DNA from: a virus
Direction: 5' to 3' (one strand)
IMG/VR virus record: IMGVR_UViG_3300033143_005712
Coordinates: 1,544 to 65,543 of that record
Length of the DNA: 64,000 nucleotides
Both the position numbers and the translations under genes were made by a program. This document shows, piece by piece, positions 35,244-46,300 of the stretch (position 1 is the first letter of the stretch; each line of letters opens with the position of its first letter). The notes under the pieces are model-generated. The model was not told the DNA's origin and did no database searches. It worked only from the letters and a program-made list of their open reading frames with translations.

Positions 35244-37337
35244 ATGTCAGGAAGATTTTATAAAACAGCAAGAGCACAACACATGGATTATGCTATGAAG
35301 TATCCATCAGAGTTGTTATTTAAGGCTATTGCCAAAAAAGATGCTGAAATTGACCAAGAAATTCAGAGCACTGAGCAAATCAGGCAAGGTTTGATGGCAC
35401 AGGAAGCTAAAGCTAAGGGTTCTTTGGGAAGAGGTATGTATCCTCAGCAAGATGAAGAAGACTATAAAGCTGAAGTTGGCGGTTTTGAAGCTGAGATTGG
35501 AGAAATTACTCAATCTATCTATGATGATGCATACGGAAAAAGTAGGATGAGAGAAATTTCTGATGTCAGAAGTAGAGTTGCAGCCAGTATGACAACTGGA
35601 AATCTTGCAATGTTTAATAAGAATTTTAATGCTGGTAGAGATTTTCTTGAAACCAATAAAGATATCGACCCGGCAATAGTAGCTGCAGCTTATAAAGAAG
35701 GCATTGATAATTGGGGTAAGACAATTGATGACAAAACAGGTGAATACAGGACTCTCAAATTCAGAGATAATCTTCAAGATGCAGACATTCCGAATGAGGC
35801 ATATGATTGGGCAAGAGGAACGAGTAATACTTTGGGTACAGCAAATAGAACTGCTTTAACAGAAGCCAATCTGAAAAATGACAGAGACGTTATGAGAACA
35901 TTGTGGCAGAATGCAGAACTTGGTCTATTACCTATTACAGAAGGTACAGGAAAAGATATGAAAGTAATAGCTCCACAAGATGCATCTGAAGAACAGATGA
36001 GAATTGCTATTGACAAAGAAATTAAAAGACAAGCAGACCTTGCTGTTGCAACTACAATGAAGTATGAAAAAGTAAGTGGTAAAAAACCTAAAGAAGATAA
36101 AACTGTATATGCTCCTGACAGGGCTTATATCTCACCGGAGGGAACAGGTCTTACAAGACAAAGTGTTGCAGGACGGGCAATTGAACTAGGAAGAGCTAAC
36201 GGAGCAACTTCAAATGAAGAAGCAATACAACTTTACAAACAAGAAGTTGACAAACTGCTTGCTTCAGGAAATGTTACAAGTGGAGCACAGTATTTTGAAC
36301 TAATGATGAAAAGTGCTGTATTGGAAGAATACATTACAATAGGAAAAACACTATTATCAGCAGACAATATTCCAACAGACAATCCCAATATAATAAAGAT
36401 AAGTAAAAGAGAACAATATTTCGATGCACTTACTGCTAATAATACAATTCCTGTTGTTGGTGGGTGGGGCGACAGATTTGAGAAAGAGATTTATACTCAA
36501 GCTGTTAAATCTGTAAATAATTTTATCAAAGATAAATCAAGATTTAATAATACACCTTTGGAAGATAATATGGGAAGATTCAATGGAAAAAGTCCTAATG
36601 ATATGATTGACTCAGGTGTAATAAGACCTTTGATTGAAAACCCAAAGTATATTAAAGCTATAAAAGAAAAACTTTTTGATGACTATGCTGTAAATGTAGA
36701 TAATATGAAGCTTTCAAAAAAGAATGGTAAACACATACTTATATTGTATGCTGATAAAGGTTATATCGACAGCGATGAAAAACTGGAAAATAAACTTAAT
36801 TCTTCAGGATATGACGTAGAGGAAATGAGTTCTCCTTCTGATGTACCATCTTATAGAATTGAAGTACCATTGCCAGAATTGGTAGTATCTGCAACAGAAT
36901 ATGAAAATTTTGAAATCTTGGATGCAGAACCTATTCCTACACTTACAGTTAATTCTAAAGGTGGAAACTATTTTCGCAAACCTGCAGTACTTGATGGTGA
37001 AATTATTGACTTGTATATAGATGCAGAAGCTGTTGGAGACAATGATTATCTTGAAGCTGAAAATGCTGAAAAAATGGATAATTATCTTTCTACATTACAT
37101 TCTGAAATGCGTGCTGAACAGAAAGCAAAAGGATTACCAGAAAATTTCAGATTTACTTTGATTGAAAATGAGAACTCTATTACAGGTATAACAGTTACTT
37201 CACAAGGTTTTGTAGTATCCGAAGTAACAATAGATGAAACTACCGGAAAATCCACAGAGAAAGTAATGTCATTGGAAGATTCAAAAAGAATTTTAATGGG
37301 ATTTATGTATTTGTTACCACAAAGCTATGAAGAATAA
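35244..37337 (+). CDS. Ejected cargo protein 2
   Basis: 697 aa with helical N-terminus; directly upstream of the virion RNAP. Confidence 0.6.
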   Translation: MSGRFYKTARAQHMDYAMKYPSELLFKAIAKKDAEIDQEIQSTEQIRQGLMAQEAKAKGSLGRGMYPQQDEEDYKAEVGGFEAEIGEITQSIYDDAYGKSRMREISDVRSRVAASMTTGNLAMFNKNFNAGRDFLETNKDIDPAIVAAAYKEGIDNWGKTIDDKTGEYRTLKFRDNLQDADIPNEAYDWARGTSNTLGTANRTALTEANLKNDRDVMRTLWQNAELGLLPITEGTGKDMKVIAPQDASEEQMRIAIDKEIKRQADLAVATTMKYEKVSGKKPKEDKTVYAPDRAYISPEGTGLTRQSVAGRAIELGRANGATSNEEAIQLYKQEVDKLLASGNVTSGAQYFELMMKSAVLEEYITIGKTLLSADNIPTDNPNIIKISKREQYFDALTANNTIPVVGGWGDRFEKEIYTQAVKSVNNFIKDKSRFNNTPLEDNMGRFNGKSPNDMIDSGVIRPLIENPKYIKAIKEKLFDDYAVNVDNMKLSKKNGKHILILYADKGYIDSDEKLENKLNSSGYDVEEMSSPSDVPSYRIEVPLPELVVSATEYENFEILDAEPIPTLTVNSKGGNYFRKPAVLDGEIIDLYIDAEAVGDNDYLEAENAEKMDNYLSTLHSEMRAEQKAKGLPENFRFTLIENENSITGITVTSQGFVVSEVTIDETTGKSTEKVMSLEDSKRILMGFMYLLPQSYEE

Positions 37338-40300
37338 GGACAAAGACCCAACACTTAAAAATACAGATGGAGCAATTCCTATGAACGAACAGGAAGTAAA
37401 TGCTTTTATTGCTTCTAAAAAGCCTATGATTATGCGAGGTAAAAGAAGTGAAGAAATACCTCCTGCAGAAGTTTCTATGAAGCCTATGATTGACTCTCGT
37501 ATAATGACTAATGATTATATGAGTATTCCTATGGATAAAAGAGTACCTAAGTTTGACCCAAAGGTTCTTGAACAATTGAAAGGAAGTTTTGATGAATCAA
37601 AAAGTGCTTATAACGAACTTTTATGGAATAAGGCTGAAGCAGAAGCTAAAGCTAAAACTAACGACTCAGGAAACTGGTATGATGCTTATTCTAAGGTAAT
37701 CAAAGAAGGAGATGCCTTTGACTGGTTATCTGTTCCTCAATGGGCAATAGCTCATATAGAAACATTGGATGTTATCGGTTCTAGAACTGCTGCAAAAGTG
37801 TTTGGTGGAGAGGAAGAAGACTATGGTATTCCTGAAAAAGTATTCAATGTAGCAAAAAAGTTTGCTAGTGCAGAAGCTAACATAAAAGCAATTATAACTG
37901 GTGACATTGCTCGTATACTGGATGTTGCTGATTGGAGAGTTACAAATATTATTCCTACAAAACAGAGTGCTTATGCTTTTTACAGAGATGTAATAGGAAC
38001 ATTGAAAAGACATGGTGAGAATCTTGAAGCAACAGAATTCATGCAAAATCTCAATGAATCTCTTTATGAGTATCTTGATGAAACACCTCAGAAAGTAATT
38101 CCTTGGTCAGATAAAAAATGGGAACAATATAATGCTGAAACACAAAGAATAAGAGAAAAAGGAGAAGCTACAGACTTCTATGGATATTTGAAGAAAATGG
38201 ATAAAGCTTTTGAATGGCTTGATGACTGGATTGGAGATGAGGAAACAAGCAATTGGTTTACTGATTTAACAGATGCTAGTCAAAGTTCAAGGACTACGAG
38301 AACTGACTTAGTAACAGAATTTGCATTAGATAATGATGTTCCTTATTGGAGTATGGATGGTGCTAATTGGACTATAAACAATGGTGTAAATACACAAACT
38401 TCATTGACTGCTTTTGCTATTGAAGGTATGATACCCGGAGGACTTTTTGCAAAAATGAAAACGATTCCTATGCTTGTTAGAGGTGCAAAAACAGCAAAGG
38501 AAGCTCAGAATATGATTAGAGTAGGAAATGTTATTTTAAACAACAAATTTACTAGAGGTTTATCTTCTTTTTCTAAAAATACTTTAGTACCAACCATGAA
38601 AACTGGAATATCAGGTGCTGTACCTGCAGGAAGTGAAGTAGGACAAATTGGAAGAGATGTTGAGAGACAAGCTAAACTTATCTACGCTGAAAAATATGGT
38701 GGAGAACTTTGGAAACAACATTGGGAAAGGCAACAACAGATTTACTTTCGTCAAGCTCAAAGAGAAGGAAATGAAAAAGAAGTAATGTCTAGGATGCAAC
38801 AATATGAAGTTGAAGAAGTTGAAAGATTTTTTGTTGAAGTTCTGAAAGATAAAGAAACCTATAATAAAATTGTAAAACAATCAGCTCATGCAGCAAGAAT
38901 TGCGATAAAAGGGAATTCTCCAATGTATTTTATGAATTTTCCATTTGGTATGGCCCTTAATAATATGAGTGCATTTGCTAAACGTATGAGAGTAGGTTAT
39001 AAGAACCTTGCAGGTGGAAGTATAAGTACAAGAGCTGCATCAGTAAAAAACCTTTCTGTCGGGAAAACTATGAAAGTATTAGGACTTGAAATGGCTTCTG
39101 AGTCATTGATTGAAGAAGGATGGATAAATCCTTGGGGTGAATGGAGAGGAATAGCTTATGCTAAAGGAGAAACTCTTACAGGAGATAAATTCTCTGACAG
39201 ACTTTGGGAAGGTGAACTCTTAGAGTCTATGCTTTGGGGTGCAGCCGGAGCTTTAATGATGGGTGCTCCTCAAGCAGTATCATATAGGTCTAACAAAAAG
39301 GCATACAAACATTACATGGAGAAGTATAATGAGTATGTAGAATCTCTTCCTGAAGATGCAAAAAAAGCATTATTCAACATTATTACTTCAAATTCTTCAA
39401 CTTTCAAACAAGCACAACTTGAACAAGAAATCAAAGAAGGTAATGCAGCAGGACAAGATACAAGAGCATTAAATGCATTAATACTTCGTTCTCAAGCTCT
39501 TACAGCTTTCAAAACAGGTATGACAGAACAACTGTTAGATATATATCAACAAATAGCTAATACTTCAGAAAATGTTGACGAAAAACAAGCTGCACAAGAT
39601 ATTATTGCTGAGATTCTTGAACTTGAAAAAGTATACATTGATACTCAAAAATGGGAAGATAATTTAGCTGTCTTTGATATAGTAGCTGATATAAAAGCTA
39701 ATAGTAAAGTAGCTCTTCAGAATGACATGATAATTGAAGCAGAATTGAAAGCTGCTGCAGTAGAACAACTTGAAGCTGGAAAAAAAGCTTTCGAAAATGC
39801 TGACTATTATTTTGAAGAAGATGGTACTTTAAAATTTACTGGTAAGGATGCTGATGCCTTCCGTGACAGAATGCTAGTAAAACCAAAAGTTAAGCATGTA
39901 TCAAATTATAATAAAGCAATACTTAGCAATGCTGATATAACTCAAGAATTAATTGATTCTGAAAACCAACTTAAAGATGTAACATCTGACCAGTATCAGC
40001 GTGATGTACGTGTTGCTAAAAAAGTAGAACAGAAAGTTGCCAAAAATTTTCCTGATTTATTCTCTTCTGAAACCGGTAACGAATTCCGTCAGAAGATGAG
40101 TGCAATATTCAAAGGAGAAAAACTCAGTAAGAAGCGTGAAGCTATATTATACAAGAAATATAAGAATATGTATAATGGCTTTAAAAAGTCAAGACAACAA
40201 AATAGCATGGCCCCTAAAGGTTATGTTCCTATTGTAAGCAAAAACAAGTTGATTCATCGTCAGACACAAAACATTGCCAAAAAATTTACCAGAAATAGAA

Positions 40301-43300
40301 AAGCTGACAAAAATGTTGATGAAGACGCTGCTCCTATCAAAGTTACACCAGACGATGAAAATTATGCCAAAGCAGAGGTAAATAAGTGGATTAATAATCG
40401 CAAATCTGCAGGAGATACTAATCTAACCTTTGATAGGATGATTAGGGATTATCTTGGCTTAGATGAAAAACAACTTACTGAAAATGAACTTGATTCAAGA
40501 AAAGAAGATACTGAAGCAATGTTTGACATGCTGGAATATGGCTGGAGTAAAGGTGGTCATGGAGAAACTAATGGAAAAGAAGTATATCAAGAACATTTTG
40601 TAGAGGAATTTTCTACAGAGAACTCTCTACAGCGTTTCAGAAACAGGATTAAAGGAAGGACTGTAAAAGCAGAACCTAAAGAAACTACTCCTGTAAAACA
40701 AGAGAAAGAAGATGAAATTACAGAAGAAGAGTCTGATATCATTGATGAAGAAACAAAACAGGAAACAAAAGAAGCTATAGAAGCAGGTGAAATTGTTAAT
40801 GAAGAAAAAGAAGAAGCTGAAGAAACAGTGAATAGTTTAGGTAGATATATTACACTGAAATTCAAAGCTTATAAATCCGCACCTATTTCACTAATGACTG
40901 GAATACGAAAAATAAAAATCTTTCGTGTCAAAGATTCTAACATTGATGGTGTAAGACTTTTTAATGTTAAGAAATTCAAAAAAGGTGTAAGACTGGCTTT
41001 AAAAATTACTACTGAATCGGATTATAACATTCCAATTGTTTATAGAATAAATGGAGAAGAACAGAAATTTGAAAAGACATCTAAGAGTGATTACGGAGGT
41101 TTTTTTGAAAATAAATACGGAAGAATAACTCATTTCAGATACAAAAATATAACAGTCGAAATTGAAGGAGAAGGATTTAAGTTCAGTCAAGTTCCAACTG
41201 AAGTTGGCCCTGATGGTAGATTGCAAGATGCAGTAGAATATAAGTCTTATGACCATAGAGAACCGGGAACTGTACTTAATGATGAAAAAAATCCAAATAC
41301 AAGACATCATCAGCATAAAGTCACTGATGACTTTTTTGTTGTGAATGATGGAGATTTCAGTGCTCTCAATAATCCTAATGTACATGAAGTCAGAGTAAAA
41401 CGCATTATAAACAATCCTTCTAAAGAAGGAGGAAAGTCTTATATTGAACTTACTATTGTTGATAAAGATGGAAAAGAAGGAAAATTACGAAAAGTTGAAG
41501 TTGAAAATGACAGAGAACAGAATGTACCTATGGGTGCTGCAGATGAATCTGACGGAGCTATGGTTGCTTGGATTGATACTTATCAGACTCTATTGCTTGA
41601 TGATACGCATGATGAAGCAGCCATCAGAGCTGCACAGAAGAACACTATTGCTTTTCGTAAAGATGTAGTTAATGGTAAGAAAAAAACAGCAGCTATTCAT
41701 GCCAATGCTCCTATCGGTAATCCTCGCTTTGATGAGATGACAGAAAGTACCAGTATTGCTGAACAAGACCCCACAGCTATTCTCGGTCAAAGAATTAGGG
41801 GTGTTATAAGGATAGGCACTGAAGTTTTTGAGAATAAGAAAAGGAAAATTGTAAATAAAGATGAAATTCTTAATGAGAATGTAGATGCAAAAAGTCTTCC
41901 TATTGATATCAGATTTATAGGTATTAATGAAAATGGTGTGGAACTGTATGCTGCATTTTTTGCACATGGACTAGAGAAAGGAGCTAAGCAAGATTCTGTT
42001 GGTAGTGGTAATATATTGTGGGTACTGCGTGCTTATATTACAAAGTTTGATACTGAAGGTAAACTCAACCATATTATTTCACCTAAGACACGTAAAGCTA
42101 TTACTGAAAAACTGCATACTATTACTAGTGGATATCCTATTTCCGATTTCAGGGGAGTAAAAGAATATCTGAATAACTTCACAATTATGGATGTTCCTTC
42201 TGATGTGAAGTTGGATAAGAAGATGAATAAGACAAAATTCATGACTTATGTAAACTCTTCGAAAATTGCACCCGGTCAACCTGTTCTGATGATGAATGGG
42301 CCAGTAATATTTTATGCTATAAAAGGAGAAGGAATTCCTACAGGTGGTGTAAACGAAGATGGTAGTCCTAAGACTACTAAGATGATAAGTATTTATCTGA
42401 GTGAAAGTAATTTTAATGCTAAAGAACTTGAAACATTATTGACAAGTATTGAGACTAAAGCTTCTTCGTTTAAGAAGAGTTTCAATTCAGAATATTCTCG
42501 TAAAGAAGGAAAGATTGCTACATTCGAAAAGAACGGTATAATAAATGAAATGGATTATACTGAACATCAGAGAAATAATCTTACAACAAATATAAAAGCT
42601 TTTGAGGAAACATCAGGAGGAGAGACCTTTTATGTAACAGCAACAAATACATCAGTTTCTATTGATACCAATCAAGAAGGAACTGCTCAAGCTGTAGCTC
42701 AGACACCTAGTAAAAAAGAAGAAATTATAGGTTTACAGATGGAAACCTTATCTGAGGAACTACCTGAAAGTAAGACCACTGAAGAAGCTATCGAGGACAA
42801 TAAAACTCCTGATGAAATAAAACTTCTCATCGAAATACGTAGAGCATTAGGACTTTTAGGTTCAAAGAAGATTAATAAGTTATTTGCAACGATTGACTTA
42901 AGTGAAGACTTCTCTTTAATCAAAGAGGCTTTGAATACACCTGCCTTTTTTCATACTGTACCGGGTGTAAATCCTTTACAGAAAGAACAAATTGTACTTA
43001 CCGTAGTAAATGCCATTATCAATAGTGGGAAAAGTCTTACAAAAGAGAATATTCAAGAAATGATTAACAACGGTTTTGTTAATCAAATAGTTGAAGGTAA
43101 AAGTAAATTTCAGAGTTTGATTGACAAACTTGATGCTCTTATTGAAAGTGGCTCTGAAATTGAGAGTCTTGTAGAAATTTCTCAGGAACTAAAAGACAGT
43201 ATGAAAATATTTGATACTGTAGAAAAGAACTGGAAGAAGTTTGAAGATGACATCAGAGTACAATTATACAAATATGCAGGACTTGATGAAAATCAAGCTA

Positions 43301-46300
43301 TTAGTGAACTTGAAAATCATCATGAAGGCCAAGACAGGATTTTTGACAAAGAAAGTACTGAACTTGTAAGTAAAAATACTCTTCCTGAAGAAATGAAGAA
43401 GTTCTTTGCTGGTATTGAAAACTGTTACACTGATGGTACTGTTATACAAGGATTTTTAGGTGTACCAACTTATGTACCTTTCGATGTAGCAATCAATATT
43501 GTTACACGCATCATTGGAAGCAATCCTAAAGCAGGAATGACCTTTGAAGATGTAATTAAAATTCTTGGAAGAGAGAAAGAAGCTGTTCCATTTTTAGGAA
43601 ATGTTATTTCTAAGCTCAGTGACCCAAAAATTATGACTGAGCAGATAAAGAACAGATTTATGACTCACATGGTTAAGCATAATATGACCATGCAATATGT
43701 TCAATATAAGTATGATAGAAAGAGTAAGCGTTATGAACTCAGAGTATTTGATACCAACTCTTCACAGGTAGAAAAAGTAATATTCAGAGAATGGATGAAT
43801 GGTGTAAAAGCTTCTAAACTTGTAAGAGTTGATGAAGATTCACGGGACTCTATGATTAATAAAGATGAAGCACAAACACTTCATACTGAATTTCGTGAAA
43901 TGGTTGAAAGTATTAACAAAGACAATAAAACAAATCAATTTGTAAAATGGCTTACTAAAAATCTAGCTGGTAAGGATTATACAAAACAAGAAATACTTAA
44001 AATTCTTACACAAACTAAGAAAAGTGCTTTTACAGAACAAGTAAGTGAAGCTATTGACAGAAATCTTGATGAAAACAAAACCTTCTCCAAAACAGAACTT
44101 ATTGAATGGTTACCTACATCCGAGTTCTCAAATGAAAGACTTATTAACTGGTTAGCAAAATTCAATATTGTACTTTCAAACAGAACTATAGAAAGCCTAA
44201 AAGTCAACGGATATGTTGACCATAAGGGTCAAGAAGTAAACTTCACTTCAATGTTTGAGGAATCATCCAAATCAAGTGGTGTATTTGGTGGAATAGCTTA
44301 CAAACTTTCAGAGTATATCAATACCAGTGAAGGCAGGAAAATTAATATCACAGAAGACCCTCAAATGCATCCTTTCAGAAGCATTGAAACTTCATTAAAG
44401 TCATTAGCTAAAGAAGAGGGCCGTTTTAGTAGCAGGGCAGTTACTATCTCATTCAGAGATGCAGGAAAGAGTTATTCTGGATTTGTACCACCCAAATTTG
44501 CTACAGACCGGATTGACGAACTTAAAGAAGATACTGATACAAGAAAAAATCTTCAAAAAGACCCATATTCTTCAAATAGTATGCTACTGAAATTACTGAC
44601 AGGAGATTATGGTACTGAAATTCAAGAATTACTTAGAGTAGTTCATATAGGTGGTTCTGCAATGCGTAAAGCAGGAGAAAGCAATCCTACTGGAAATAAA
44701 AATGCTATTATTAATCTTGCTGATGGTGACCAAGAAATTACAAGACAAGGCTTTTTTCAGGATACAAGGCAAGGTAAAATTTCAGTCAGCAATACATATA
44801 ATGGTTTGAAATTACGTATTGCAAATATGTTCTTTCCTACAATGAGTGATAAGAAGCAGATATTAACAATGACAATGCCTGTTCTCGACCTTACCTCAAA
44901 AGAAATAGGATATAAGAATAATGAAGTACAAGCTAATGATGCAGTAAAAGAAGCCTTATTCCAACAGCTTGTAGTTCCTGAACTTAAAAGAATTATAGCA
45001 TTTCATAGAGGAGGTGGACAGGAAAATAATATTGAAGGAGTTGATTTAGCTTCTCAAGTATTTTTAATGATACCTCAACTTAATGAGTTAAAAATCGGTA
45101 ACCGAAGACTTATAGAAGTTCTTGTTAGTTTGCAGGATAAAGAGATAGCAAAGACAATGAAAGATGATGTTATTACAGATGACATTAAAGATGAGGCTAT
45201 TAAAATTATTATGAAAGTTGTTACCAAAGAGGTAAATAACAAGATTCAGAACTGGAAAGACTCAGGAATTATTACCGAAAAAGGTAATCCAGAAATGCTT
45301 AATGATGAGTATTTCAATCCTGATGATGGTGAAAGAAGGTTTGTTGATAATAAATCAGAGCTTGCTGCAACAGACTTTGTAATCAATAGTCTTATATCAT
45401 ATTCCAACATGTTTCAGACTGTTGGAGGCGATATTGCATATTACTCTCAAGATAAAGCCTTTGATAAATTTCCAGTGGATGTAGAAACTATTAAGAGATT
45501 TAAAGAAATTGATGAAATTGAATACGGAGCTGTAATAGAGCAGATTGAAACTCTTTATAATACCGGAATTATAAATAAAATAGCTTATAAACATCTGAAA
45601 GAGACTGTTAAGCCGCTTCCTTATATGGGAGATAACAAACAAGCTTACATAGACTTGACTAAAAATATCGGTACAAATCTAGGAAAACGTCTCGCATTAA
45701 TGCTTGCACCCGGTTTGAAACCTTATGGTTTGGATACCAATTACAGGCAACTGTTTTTAAAAGACTCTGTAGATATTGCTGACAATATGGAGTATATCGT
45801 TGAACTACATTATGGTGAAGATGGAGTAAAAAGGTTCAATGAGATAATGGCTATGGATACTACCGAAGAAAATAAAGAGGGATTTATAAAAGAGGAATTT
45901 CCAACTATTAGTGCATTCTTTGCTGTAGATTCTACTGATGCTCAAGAATATACAACAGCAAAAGAGCATCTTGATATTTTATTTGCATTGGGAAGAATAT
46001 CAGAACAAGAGCATAAAGACTTTACAGCTAAAGCTGAAGACCAGTATCGCAATGGTGTTACGAAAAGAAATAAACTTGAAGATAAAGAGCTTAGAGTTAT
46101 TTTTCAACCAATGAAACCTGTATATACAGGTTCTCATTTTGATGGACAAAAAATGAGAATGATGTATATTAAAACATCAGCTTATCCATTACTTCCTCAA
46201 GTAACTGCCGGTACAGCATTGGAAGACCTCAGAAAAGTTATGGATGAGGTACAGTATGGTAAAGAACTAGGTGGCATGAATGTAAGAGCTACTTATAAAA